A stretch of 63,756 nucleotides of DNA, counting the filler, from Collodictyon triciliatum (taxonomy: Eukaryota): NCBI GenBank assembly GCA_043381765.1. It is 4 parts of 4 records of this genome, joined end to end, with 100 filler letters (N's around TTAATTAATTAA, not from the genome) between each part and the next. Parts side by side here need not be neighbours in the genome. Positions count along the whole stretch, not along the records: positions 1 to 20,003 come from JBHJMP010001268.1; 3 more parts are not named here. One strand, written 5' to 3'. The translations under genes and the position numbers were made by a program. The notes beneath the pieces are model-generated. The model was not told where the DNA came from, did no database searches, and worked only from the letters and a program-made list of their open reading frames with translations. Of this stretch, positions 1 to 13,540 are shown piece after piece (position 1 is the first letter of the stretch; each line of letters opens with the position of its first letter).

Positions 1-90
1 TTTTTGTTTTTGTTTTTATTTTTGTTTTTGTTTTTGTTTTTGTTTTTGTTTTTGTTTTTGTTTTTGTTTTTGTTTTTACCCCATATAAAG

Positions 91-1677
91 CGACTTGCTA
101 ACCATGATACTCCCACGAAAGACCGCATACAGTCGACCTTTCAAAAGATGGCGAATCGCTGTCCATCTCCAATGAAGCTGCAGATACACAAATCGCTCCA
201 AACGCTGCAAACGATATCGAAAGCGGGTAAACACACTCTACAGTCTAGCTCACCACCAACATCTGAAAAACCAAGAGGAATATCTACCTGCTTCCTCTCA
301 ATCCATATCCACACCTCGCGTCGAATGCAAAGGTCCTTGGAGACAGAGACGGCCCGTGCGCAAGGTCAGCCTCAACTTCCAAGCACGCGGACAGATGGAG
401 AAGAGGATACACAAGCCAATCTGACAAGCCCAACAGCCAATACTGGACAGGCTTCAAGCCAGGCGAAAAAGAGTAAGGCGAAGATTCCGACAAGGCCTGC
501 ATCTGTAGACACAACAGCAACAAACCGAATGAATCCGATGTCGGATGGCAAAATGTCTCGCCCAGCCTCCAGCGTCGGGTTCTCCACAACAGACCTTGGC
601 AACTCAATTGGTATCTCGTTTTTTTTTTTTTTTTTTCCTTCTCTTTCTTTTTCTAATCCTTTTCTTAAATGTCTCCCAAATATCTTTCGCAGTGATGGGG
701 AGCAGTTCTGCGGACTTGTACAGCAATGACGGACTTCAACGGGACACACGAAACCAGAGCTCTGCACAGGTCATCTAGACGAGAGCAACCAAATCCCAGC
801 CATAGCACATTCTATAACCTCCAACCTATTCTTCCTTCGAAACGACAGGTGAACCCATGTTTATTGATGCATATTGTTTTTTGTTCTATGATGTTTGCAC
901 TCATGAAAACAGGTCGCTTCGCACCTTCAGTCTGTCCTGACAAAGTTTTACGGAGTTGGTATGACAACATTTCCGCCTGTATACCACCACCATCATCACC
1001 ACCATCATCACCACCATCATCATCATCATCATAGGGGAGGTCGATTCCAATGATCAGATCCGCTCGCTGCTGAACACGCTCATCCAAAAGATACACAAGA
1101 TACATACCGTAAACGCACTCGTACTCATGCACCGCCTCACCCTCCCTCAAGAAACCACTCACCAGCCACACACACCCACTCCAATCACACAAGGTAACCA
1201 CGCTCAAGATGTTCCGCCACGAAGCCCGTGTCGAGTTTGAGAAACGCCTGACCTCGGCAACCTTTGAGCAGGTGCAAAAATCCCACACACAACCCACAAA
1301 CCCACTCGCCGACTCCGCCAGAGCCAACTCACACGCCAAAGCCACAGGTGATTCACAGCCTTGTGCATCAGCTGCGCCACCACCAACTGGACATCACCCT
1401 TGACCTGAGCGAGTTTGGCATCGGACTCAAGGCGCAGGGAAAAGGTGGCCGCGGCACGCGTGGCGCAAAGCCCAGCTCAAAGACACATCAATCTATGCCG
1501 GGCAGCGGAGCAACCACGCCGGGGGCTGTGCCGAGAAGATCCACGCCTTCGCCCAGCGTGACAGCCGGGCTGTCTGGGGCAGCGAGGTGAGTATGCTGGG
1601 TTGTTCCTGCACGGCCCTCTACTTCTGACATGGCGCCCTTGGCTCTGTGTAGGAGCGACTACTTCCCGGTTCTGTGA
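91..1677 (+). CDS. Hypothetical protein, 3' part only (multi-exon, Ser/Thr-rich, 5'-truncated by window start)
   Basis: GT-AG exons chain in frame (...DLGNSI|VMGSSS...SSAQ|VASHLQ...|...FEQ|VIHSLVHQL...GAAR|SDYFPVL*), TGA at 1675-1677. No family recognised; start coordinate approximate. Confidence 0.5.
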
Positions 1678-2028
1678 TCTCCAGGCCACGCGCGCGCTCC
1701 TGTGTACAGTCGCCCAGTGTTGATCCAAGCGAGCAGCGCGCCGTAATAAATGCCAACGAGGCCAGCTCTGTGGGAATGACAATTATCACTGACGCAGGTG
1801 GATGAGGCGGCGATGCGGGCTTGTCTACTTTCTTGCCCTTCTTGTCACAAAGGGTGTTGTTTATTCCAATGTCCAAGGAAATACAGAGAGGAATGTAACA
1901 CGACAGAGTCGCTTTCCTGTTGGCAAGCCAGTAGGGTTAGAAGCTGGAAGGTGATGCTGTGGGGTAGTGTGTCGTAAAGAAAATGTAAGTGGCTGGCCCT
2001 CACCTGAAACAGTGTGAACAACGGGTGT

Positions 2029-2462
2029 TTAGTCGAAGAGACCGAAGCCCATGTCATCATCTTCTTCGGGCTCCTCCTTCTTCTTCTCTTCCTTCTTCTC
2101 CTCCTTCTTGGCCTCAGCGGCTCCGCCCTGGGCAGCGGGGGCAGCAGCGGCAGTAGGGGCTCCAGTGGCAGGAGCAGCACCGACGGCTGCAGTACAACAA
2201 GGACGGGTGAATTATGCACTCTGTGTTTGGTGCAGGTTCTTGCAGGTGTAAGTATCTATGAGGAAGTCATACCGCCAGCGTTGGCGACGAGGTCGGCGAC
2301 AGAGCGGGACTGGAACAGGTTGGCGAAAAGCTCGGGCCAGAAGGGCTCGACTTCGACCTTGGAAGCCTTCAAGATGGCGCGGATCTTGTCGGCAGTGACG
2401 GGGACGTTGTCGTCACCGAGGATGAGGGCAGCGTAGGAGCAGGCAAGTTCAGACTGGGACAT
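2029..2462 (-). CDS. RPLP1: 60S acidic ribosomal protein P1 (2 exons)
   Basis: MSQSELACSYAALILGDDNVPVTADKI...VEPFWPELFA N-terminus, one GT-AG intron, Ala-rich hinge, C-terminal EEDDDMGFGLFD*; strong GC3 codon bias. Confidence 0.97.
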
Positions 2463-2838
2463 TGTTTATATCTTTCCTATTGAAGTGCTGGTGAGATTGG
2501 TGGAGATCGTTGCTGTGGGGCAATAGAGTAAAGGATAAGCGGGAGAGGGGTCTATCAAGAATGGGGTGAGCCCGATCGTATGTGGCGTGAGGAATCTCCG
2601 ACTTAAGATATGTGGCACTCAATTGTTGTTAGTTACAGATTGGAAATGTAGAGCGTCAGATTCAGCCTACAATTTCTGAATGTTTTTCACTGCGTGGTAT
2701 CGATACCACTCACGAAATTTGTATCTCTCAATTTTGTCCGTCAATCAAGTGAATTTGTGTGAGGAATCCATAGCTTTCAGGAATGAATGTTTCCAATCTT
2801 GATGTGAAGGTGGAAAGCAACTGTTCTTTCGGCCCATA

Positions 2839-5520
2839 TCATCCTGAGACTAGGCGGTGGCCTCCAGTCTCGCGCCGGCGCTTGGAATAAGTCGGTGAGG
2901 TGCGTGTGTAGGGGAGAGGGGTGTGTCAGGGTGTACTCACTGGTAGGCTCGATGTAGAGACAGGTCGAGACGACGAGGGTTCAGGCAGACTAGAGAATTC
3001 CTGTTTGTCAAAGGGCAAAACCTCTACGCGGCTGCGCATTCTATTAGTTGGATCTGCGATTTTCGGCTGTGAAAATCATGATTCCAGATTTGTATATCAT
3101 TTGTGGAGTTTATAGAAACCTACAAAATTTTCGCTTCACTTTTATTTTACTCTGCAACGCTAGGATTTTTAATGAAGGGAGTATTACAATACATTTTCAA
3201 AACCAGTGAGAAGGTTGAGAAACGGTAAAATCCAAATGAAACGAAGGGGGTACAACAACCAACTATAGATAAAAAAAAAACAATAACAATAACGGGGTTT
3301 GATTGCAAATCGAAAAATTGAGGGAGCATAGGAATGCGAATCAGGAGATGCTTCTGTGCGTGGGCTGGACGGAGCTGGTGGGTTGCCACAACTTCTTTGC
3401 TTGAATGATGGGCAGGGACGAGAAGCTATGTCCGGAAGCGCTCTTACAAGAGCCAATATCCCCCACCTTTACAAATAAAAGTATACCAATCAAAGTCCTG
3501 GTGCTGCTTCGCCATGGGTCGTTTGTGCAATATGTAAATGGCAAAATTTGACACCTTTGATGTTAATGAGACATATACCCTGATTTTTGTGATAGGATTT
3601 CGATCACATCGCATCTCATTATTCAATCTATTATTTATGGGGGGAAAAGATGGAATATTAAATAGTTGGGTTAGTCATCGAACTACTTTTTTTTTTTTTT
3701 TTTGCACGATTGATGCGCATATATTTTTCACACTAACGTGCTTGACTGTTTTTGATTATTTATTTATGTATTAAAAAAAAAGTGACGAAATGGCGAGTAC
3801 CTCGTCCCTTCATCAAGTTTGCGAAAAATGTGGTCCTGAAGCTCTTCCAGTCTTTTTTCTTCTTGAACCACCGACTGCAATCATATATAGATATATACCT
3901 GAAAATTAGGGCTAAAATTGGATAGGGAAATATATTCCCCCATCAGCACAAAATAAAATAAAATATGATATCAAATGAAATATGTCCAAAGTTTATGGGT
4001 GGCTTCATGAGAATAATTCAAAAACTGACCTTATCAATAGCCTGGTATCGGTTGATTATATATAACTGAGGTCGCTTAGTTTTCTTCAATTTGAATGGGT
4101 TCTGCAAAATAATTTATTAAACCAAAAAAACCTGATTTAAGCTTGCATAAAGCATGTGTTATTTGATGATTTCGTATTATAGAAAAGAACCCCACTTTTG
4201 GGGCTGGTGGATAAATGTACTGGCCTCTCTCATCATCAAATGTCAGCATATGTAGTACTTGGAAGTATATCGAAATAATCTAGGTGGTGTTAATTGCTGA
4301 TTTGGGTAGCTATACTGGAAAGATTGGAGGAATATTGTCGATATGTTATTTTATATGGGCGACGAAATGATATGGATTGTCTGTAACCTCTTTGGAAAGC
4401 CGTTTTCTTTTATCGACCAACTTGGCTCTTGTAGTCAAGCCCCGGTGCTCTAGTGCATCCAAATTCCTCAAGTCTACAACCACAGACTATAAAGAGGCAA
4501 GTTAGAGTATTGACTTCGTTCCCAAATTTCATATAACAATGAAATAGGGTAAATGATTATCAGCAAGAAGAGTTTCTATATTCATCATTTATATTTTAAA
4601 CTAGTACGTCAACATATTGCTCTATGGTATGGACATGTTCTTCACATAAACTCCTTGTTACTTTTTGCTTCATATGTATCCTAGAATTGTTATTTAGCAT
4701 ATTAGAAAATTGAGGTCTGGCAGATTTTTATCGATGGGAAAATCATCGAAAGGGAGATATATAATATACTCTGGATATTCCAAAACAATAAATTTCTTTC
4801 ATCTCATTCAGCTTAATGACATGGATTTCATATTATTCAACACATAATCAAGGGCAAAGAAACAACCTTGGTGTCTCTTTTATGAAGCTCCTGTCAAATA
4901 TCGGCATGTTCTCTATGATTTTCTTCAGGCACCGCATTCTTTCGTAGAATTCAATGCAGTCACAGACTAAATCCACTTGGCAGCTTCTAGGAGAATCCTA
5001 TTTTGAAACAATACGATGAACGACAAATACATTGAAGTGCAGGAATATAACTGAAGACTCGCAGGCAGTGGAGTGTTTTTCCTTTAATTTACTATGTATT
5101 TATTCCTTTGCCGCGCATGTGGCGATACTTTAAGAAAACTGTGCTTGTACTTACATCGCTTTCTGTTGACGGAGCTGGGGTGGATGGCGAAGAATACGGC
5201 TGCATCTCGATATTGATGTCGTATATATGAAGTTTGGGGACGTGAATCTGTATTAAAAAAAAAAAGCTCTGATAAGGTGAAAATATTGGATTTCATCCCA
5301 AGGCGCAGGAATCAGCTGAAGTTCTAGCGACTAAAAATATGCAAGCGACTTAAACTAAAAAAGAAAAAAGAAAAAGAAGTTGACTACAGTGATTCTACAA
5401 TAATCTTGATACTTGTCGTCGTCCATTGGCACCCTTTAGATGCTCTCTGTTGATTTCCGGATCATACATGCTTCCCTTTGACACACGCTCGTCACAATAT
5501 ACGGATTCCCCACTCTCCAT
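2839..5520 (-). CDS. Hypothetical multi-exon protein with a possible BAG-like helical segment
   Basis: About 12 GT-AG exons join in frame from ATG 5520 (MESGESV...RQ|IHVPKL...|SVVVDLRNLDALEHRG...RKRLSKE|IISIYF...|WGILALVRA...|RRRETGGHRLVSG*). No firm family assignment. Confidence 0.6.
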
Positions 5521-6733
5521 GACTCCTTGTTCTTTTTGAAGGTCTCTCCAGATACAGGTAAAAGACTGGCTGAATATGATAGTGAGAAGCACGAATGTTC
5601 GGTCATTAGGTACCAAAGCAGAAGAAAAGTAGAAAAGATTCATTCTGTGTTTGGAGTAGTATATATTCACGAGCTGCAAGGCGGAAACGGGTGCCAAGAA
5701 CGAGGGAATAAGATGGGCGGGGCGTCCGAAACTTGGAGTGCTTTATCTTTAGGTTTATCTCCCGGCAACGCCCAAGTCAGTAAGTATGGAAGGGTAGTGC
5801 GCAAAGGGAATGGTCCAAAAGCCTCAATCAGCTCGTCAAATACAAAGTATTGGCCATTCGCAGGCCTTCAAACAGAGGAAGTTTGCGCGAACTGCAGAAA
5901 AGAATAGATCAACCGAGCAGAAGGGCGCACGTCACTTTGCGTTTCACCCTTGCCTCCATAGCACCTGCGCTATCTGACCACTAAGCAGCGTCTAATGTGT
6001 ATCAATGAAATGATTCAGTGATTTTTTTAAAAAACGGAATTTATAGTTATATACATTTTACTGATTATATAATGGATTTGTATGCATAGTTCATTGTTAT
6101 TTTTCCATATTTGTTAACAAATAGCTAAAAAAGTAATACTTTAGCCATACCCCGCACTAATTCGCAGAGCGCCTGATTCGATCAAAGATCGGTATGAAAC
6201 GAACAGCACAAGGCGAGTGGGAAAGAAGGCTGTTCGGCTGCACTGCGGCCCACTACGAACACAGCAACAGCTCACTGGCCTGCCTCCACAAACAACTCTG
6301 AGCCTGTCTTCCCTCCAAGGAAAAGAGGCGCAAATATTCTTTTTTTCTAAACCAAAACTTCGAGTCCATCTTCTGGTGTCAGAATGCGACGTCATTTTTC
6401 TTTCTTTTCTTTTCTTTTCTTTTCTTTTCTTTTCTTTTCCTTTCCTTTTTAAATATTTTTTTTTTATTGTTTACTATTGATTCTTCACTATTTATTTAAT
6501 CTTACGCCCCCTATTACGAGAATCCTTCGATTATATCCCTGCCAGGAGGAAGTTTCCAATTATCCCAACAAAAAAAAAAACCGAGTACTCTGACCAAAGA
6601 GCCTTGAATGAAACGGACAAACGTACTCGACAGATGAATAGTCCCTGTCCCACCTGCTGATTCCTCTGGCCAAGAGCTTTGTTTTTTGCCCATCTGTCTA
6701 CTCAAACTTGTAAATAACCGCAGGGAACACGCA

Positions 6734-9700
6734 ATGTCGTCCAAGTCGACCTACCAGAGCGTAGGAGAGCCCGATGCTGACTTTAAGACAAGCTGGAAGG
6801 ACAATGTGTTGCCTCCGTTGCCTCCAGACGTAGAGGCGGCACAGGCACAGCCCATTCGCGTAAGTTTCTCTGCCTTTTTTTTAATTTGTGTCCTACCAGT
6901 CCCTGTTTATTTTCTTCTCCTGCTTGGATATCCTGCGGCTTTTTGTTCAAAAGTGCAGATAATCTGGCATTATCGGTGTGTCACTTTATTGGTGTTTCTG
7001 GACTATTCTTCCCTTTTTTTATCTCTTTTTCTTTCTGTCTCCGCGATTTTTATCCCTTACAACATGTGATATTCTTTTGCTGACTGATATCCTTACTCTG
7101 ACGGGGAAAGTGCTTCAACCACTCCTTTCAGCGAAGAACGGTCTTTGCTATTGCTGTTTTCATCACAGCTATTCTATTGACCCTGGTCGCTGTGCTGCTT
7201 GCCGTGAGCGGTACAGTTTTTTCTTTCTTTCTTGATATTGCTCCCAACAGCACATATGATTAACCTTCGATTGAACTATGTTGAATTTTTCATATTTTTT
7301 AAAACAACAACATTACTTGTACTTGTATTGGTTCATTGTGTTTACCTGAGGGTGGGTTTCATCGATCTATGTGATACTTTTCTCAACAAAAACATAAAAT
7401 TCCAAGACGGAGAAGAAGACGAGGAACCTCTCAAGACCGGAACATTTACCTTCAATGATGGTTTGTGTAGACCTAGTACAAACGTGCTCATCTGCCCCTG
7501 TCCAAAACTATGTTCTCTGGCTCTAATCCCTCCTCTCATCATAGTATTCGACTCCAAGTACCAACCGCTTGGTTTTCGTTACCAATGGAGTACAAAAGGT
7601 TTTATTCTTCACTTATTTATTTAAAGTAGTAATAGTAGAAAAAGAAAAAGAGAAGATGTTTTCCTTCTGATTGTTCAGTGTTTACTAATTTAAGCGAGAT
7701 GGGGGGAAACCATACAACAACCATGATTTAGTTCGATTGATTTGTTTTGGGCGCTATTTTCTTTCTCAATTTTTGAAATTTAAAACAAGTCAAAGTCGCT
7801 TAATTTTGATACTTTTTTTTTAGACCCTGCTATTACATACTTAGCGACTTCTGGAGAGAATGAAGGAGCATTACTCAAACGCTTTTCTGATAATCGCACC
7901 GTTGTCCTGATTCCCAGCACTGTCCTCTCGGTAAGCAGTTCATCGTTCAAACGAGCCGAAACTTCATCTTTTTCTGTTCGCCCAACATAATTACTCGAGT
8001 AAATGATTATTTTTTTGATTCTGCCTCGTAGAAATTTGACTACACTACTTATGCTTTGTCTTCAGACGAGCGATATGTTTTGCTATCGACTGAGTACGAG
8101 CAGGTATTATAATATGTATAAGCACACTTGTATTTCAGTACAATATGCTGTTTTATGGTGGCAATTCTGTCAATCGACACTCGAGCTTTGTTGCGAAATC
8201 TAAGTCTTTTTATATCATTTCTACTCGAATATAATGGAATTCATTAGCTGTGGAGACGCTCCTATTTGGCCCGCTATGTTGTGTACGATCTAAATAGAGA
8301 TACCTTTTTTGACTTGGCTAATAAAAATTTGTCCAAGCAAAGAGATGCAAAATTCAGTCCGAATGGCGCTTATATTGTGAGCCTCCCAAGACAAAAATCT
8401 AACATAGCTACACTGTATACATAATCGTGCATATATACTAAAAAATAATATGGGTAATTCATGCAGTAACAATCTAACCAATTTAGAGCTTTGTGAGGGA
8501 TAACAATGTCTTTTTCTTGGAGATTGCTACCAAATTGGAAACCCAAGTGACATCCGACGGAGTGGAAAACAGCATTATCAACGGTGTTGTTGATTGGGTG
8601 TATGAAGAGGTATGATTTGTAATATGTGTACGATGTGTTATTATTGTGATGTAACATGTAAATATCAATTTTTGTGCCTCAGAATATATGAACTTGACTT
8701 TAGTCTGGTGTAATTTCCCCCTCTCCCTGGTGTGTGATGTTAGGAACTTCTCTCTGTCGGCCTCTGGTGGGGTCCTGATTCCTTGTCATTTTCTTACCTC
8801 CGCTTTGATGAAACAAATGTGGCCTTATTCCAAACCCCTATTTTCGGTGGCGAAAGTTATACTGACGAATTGAAGATTAAATACCCGAAGGTCTGTTCAT
8901 TACATTTTGTTGGTGTTCTTCCTTTAGTCCTAATTTTAATGTCTTGTGTTTTTCTCAAACTTTTTAAAGTAATATGAAAACGAGCAGGCGTGCATCAATC
9001 TTTACTTTATGGCACCATTTCTTCTTATTATGCATCATAACCATAACATGCATAATACCAAATAGGTTGGATATGAGAACTCCATCGTTATTCTGTTCAA
9101 CTATGATATCTTATCGAATCAGACCAAGGAATTGGTGAGCTTTGAATCTCCTCCTTATCACCAATAGCCCAATTTGATACCTTTTCTGAACAGTTTCATA
9201 TGTATTTAAATGGACCCACACAGGATATTCAAGTTCCTTACGAGTACATCGCCACGGTTAATTGGGTCAATGAGACCCTCATCGGAGTAAAAACGATGAA
9301 CAGGTTCCAGAACAATGAAACGCTCTCTTTCATTGACCGTATATCTGGAACCACAATGAGTACTGTGAGTCAAACCGACAAATACTGGATTGAGACGGTA
9401 CTATGCATATTTCATTTTTCACTCCTTACCAGGATTTTTTTTTTCATCACCACTTATCGTCTGATTTGAAAGAAAGTAAAAGAAGAAGATAAAAAGTGCA
9501 ATAACGAAAGAGAACTGTTATAACCTCAATATCATTATTTATTTACCAGAACAACTGCTTCAAATTCCTCAGCGATGGAAACTATGTTGACCTTATCGAT
9601 GTTGGTACGAGTATATTAATATGTTTTACCAAAATTTCCCTTATGTCTTGGGTACGTTTTGAATATAATTTGTACGTGAATGAACATTGGCGTCGCTTTT

Positions 9701-12700
9701 CTATAGGCGGGTACAATCACTTGGTCGTCTTGGACCAAACTGGAGAAAGACTTCGTGTGCTAACTGATAAGTATCCACAGTCTGAGGTCCTGACATGCTC
9801 TGGCTTCGACCCCACAACTGAAGAAATGTTTGCATCATAGTTTATGAAGCATGATTACTTTTTTGTTTTTGTTTTTGCTTTTTGTTTTGCCTTTGGTTTG
9901 TATTTGGTTTGTCTTTTTCTTGTTTCGTATTTGGTTTGTCTTTTTCTTGATTTGCTTTTTGGTTTGCTTTTTGGTTTGCTTTTGGTTTTTCTTTTCTTGG
10001 CTAGTAATCTACATATATTATTTATAACTATAATTTTATGATTGAATTAGGTACTACATTACTAATGTGGACATTGAAGGAAACATCGACCCTACCGAAA
10101 GATACTTGTATAGGTACGAAGCCAACCCTTCAAATTTATATCTGCGAAGAGAAAAAACGCTGTGGTTATCATTTTCCTGTAATCCTCGACTTTCTTTTCT
10201 TTTCTTTTCTTTTCTTTTCTTTTCTTTTCTTTTCTTTTCTTTTCTTTTCTTTTCTTTTCTTTTCTTTTCTTTTCTTTTCTTTTCTTTTCTTTTCTTTTCT
10301 TTATGTAATAAATCCACCCTCCTAGCGTCACTGTCAATAATCCCCTGATAACTCCTCATATCCCTGATGGTATTGTAGATGCCTGGTACAGTGCAAGGTA
10401 TTGTGCCTTACTTTTTCCATACCTTTTTTTCAAAATTTACAGATATATTAGTATTAAAATCTAGCGGACCGCCTCGCTTGTGTTCATTTGGTGTCACTTT
10501 AATTTATTTTGTGTCCATAGTTTGAGTCCTCTGGGCGAAGCCTTTATCCTTAATTACCAGGGACCAGACATCCCCCGTATCGAGTACCGAACCAAACAAG
10601 GTTTTGACACACATTTCAGCTAATTTATCATAATATGTTAAATTTTTGAAATTCTCTTGTAAGTTTCACCCCTCATCTATCATCAGGTCTTGTTGATGTA
10701 TTGGAGGACAACGCCGCGCTAAGGCAGAACCTGAAAAAATTCAAGCTTCCTGAAATTAAATTCAAGACAGCCAGAATAGGAGAAAGTTTGCAATTTTATT
10801 TTACTTTTTTCATTTTTAAAAAAAAACAAAACAAAACAAAAAAAAAACAACCCTCTCTCTCAAACAAAAAAGACAACTTACTGTTCAAAATGTCGGATCT
10901 GAATGGCACAAAATCATTCCAGTGATTTTCAGAATGTATATTCAATTACTGAGGTATTACTGTTGTCCCTTTCCCTTGCAGCTGATTTATACATGCGCAT
11001 GCTGGTACCCTATGATATGGATGAGAAGAGAGAGCACCCAGTTCTTGTCTATGTGTAGGCCTACCTTCCCACTCGCAACACTAATTGATATTAAAGATGA
11101 AATTGCTGATTCATTATCCTCTGAACTCAATTTAAAACATGTAGCTATGGTGGACCTGGAAGTCAAGAAGTGACGAAGCAGTTTGCCATCGAGTGGCATA
11201 CACACTTAGTATCTACTTATGATGTTATTGTGGTAATACTTTTACACATCTATATTTCTTTATGTTTTTTTTATTAAGAATATACAAGTAGATTTGATTA
11301 AATACATATCATTTATTTTGACAATCATGCCACGACTATACAAAATAGCCAGCGTATTCTACGACAAATATAATTATTTGTTTGTTTGTGTCTTATTTAT
11401 TTGAGGTGTCTGTGGACAATCGAGGAACTGGTGCTCGAGGAAACGAGTTTATGAAACAAACATACAAAAATTTAGGCGACTTGGAGGTTCAGGACCAAAT
11501 CAATGCTGGAGAGTAAGAATATACAAATACCATTATCCATGATTACACCTACTTTATTTTAGGAGCTTATTTCTTCAATCGCTTTTTCTTTTGTATTTTT
11601 ATCATTAAGTTGTTTTCGCTTTCCGCTTTCTGCTCTCACACAAAACAAATAGATATCTGTCGAATCTTGGATATGTGGATGCTGAACGAATGATGATATG
11701 GGGATGGGTACGCAGTATACAATTCGTTGATATATAAGAATTAAGGATGCGTGAAACTCTAGAATGTATGCCACGATGCACACCTGAGTGGCCGTGCAAC
11801 ATATTATCATTACAACCACAAACTCGCTCTCATTTGCCAGAGTTATGGCGGATATATGACATCTAAAGTACTCGGTCGTGGACCTAGCGTCTATCTTGGC
11901 GGTGTTGCAGTTGCCCCGGTCTCGGACTGGAAGTGGTACGGTGAGTTTCTCAATCAATTTAGCTCCGTTTGCACATGGATATACAGATAGGAGAATAACT
12001 GCGAGCCTCCTGGACATGAACTGAACTACACTTTCGATGAAATCCCTGAAATGAATATTTTTTTCATTTCTCCACACATATTGGCGCCTTTTTTTTAAAA
12101 TAAAATAAATTGACTAATCGCACCATGATTACATCGGGGCTTTTTATCTTTCTTTACCACAGACACCATCTACACTGGTATGTGGGAACAATATTATCTT
12201 ATCTCTGACATAGAATCGTGTCAAGTTTTTGTTCTCATGGTTGTTTTTTTTTTAAAAAAAAAAGTAGAAAAATGGACGTCCCTATTTCACTAAGCACTTA
12301 AACCTCAACTTTTGTATTTATCCAGAGCGCTACATGCAAACAATCGAGAGCAACCCCGCGGGATACAATAAATCCTCTGTCCTCACGGATGTGGAGAACA
12401 TCAAAGTAAGGCTATCTTCAAAGAAAAAATAAACAATTTCAACACACATCATGCTTTATTCGAGAACAAGCTCGGTTCTTTGCTAAGAATACTCATTAAC
12501 ATGCAAACTTTCTCAAAAGGGGAAAAACTATCTTCTCATTCACGGGACTCTGGATGACAATGTCCACTTCCAACATGCGGCCGAATTGGCCAAGACCCTG
12601 GTTTCTGGTACGCAGTTATCCTTGGCCCTTGTTATGCAAACGATAAAGCTTTCGTCTTTTCCAAGTCCATATTGCATAAAAAATATATGCTCTTTTTTTC

Positions 12701-12722
12701 TCTCCCTTGTTTGTACCTTCAA

Positions 12723-12758
<36 letters not shown>

Positions 12759-13017
12759 ATATTTCCATCATGTCAACACGAATCACAGCCGGAGTGGATT
12801 TCGAAAACATGTTTTGTAAGTTTCTCGGACATCCAACACAAATCTTTTCAACTTTGTTTGCTTTTGCTTTTGCTTTCATTAAAATCACGGCACACCCGCC
12901 ACAGACACGAACCAAAACCACCGGATCAACTCGGACGGCGCCGACCGCCACATCTTCAACCGCATCACATCATTTGTCCTGCGCAACTTCGGCATCGCAA
13001 AGACAGACGGGTTATAA
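6734..13017 (+). CDS. DPP4: Dipeptidyl peptidase IV family (S9B), type II membrane protein, ~27 exons
   Basis: N-terminal TM (VFAIAVFITAILLTLVAVLL), NGVVDWVYEEE, YPKVG, YGGPGSQ, VDNRGTG, GWSYGG nucleophile, IHGTLDDNVHFQH and C-terminal His motif (NQNHRI); all exons join in frame with GT-AG. Confidence 0.95.
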
Positions 13018-13540
13018 AGTCCTGCTCGGCAGCGCTTTCTGGTTGCCTTCTTCATGGTTGTGTCAAGCCCTTCGATTCGGCTCAACCAAGCAACAAGTCA
13101 AAATAAAGATAAAACTAAACATACTTTAAACACAATCTTTGAATCAAATAAAGAAAAACAATTATTTTTTTCGAAACATAATCACGCGGGGAGAAGAAGG
13201 GGAATGTGACGATAACAACAATCAAGCGAGAGCTTCGCGTTTGTCTGTCGGACCGAAGATGCCTGTGCTTTGGTATCAACTGGACGTCATTGAGTGGCAT
13301 TGTTTATGCGCAAGCAAGGAATATAACCGTTGTCATAACCATTTATTATATTTTCATTCATTTAGGATGGGATGTGGCCAACAAGTGATATACACGATTT
13401 ATAGGGCGATAATGAGCACATTTAGAGTTGAATAGCGAGAGGACGGGGGATAAAGGCACAAACACACGTGCGGGCGAGTGAGCAGGTATGATGCCCTTTC
13501 TCTTCTTTTACTTCTATTGGTCACTGCTGCGGCTTTTCTA

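Noticed and set aside
2770-2850. C/D-box snoRNA-like segment (GGATGA...CTGA) upstream of RPLP1
   Set aside because: The GGATGA is the last codon plus stop of the upstream hypothetical gene, and no convincing rRNA-antisense guide was found.
3467-3486. Apparent 20-nt GT-AG mini-intron
   Set aside because: Splicing it leads to an immediate stop; the AG works as acceptor for the longer intron from about 3800.
7087-7094. U12 donor-like ATATCCTT in DPP4 intron 1
   Set aside because: It is internal to an intron that already splices in frame by GT-AG, and there is no adjoining exon.
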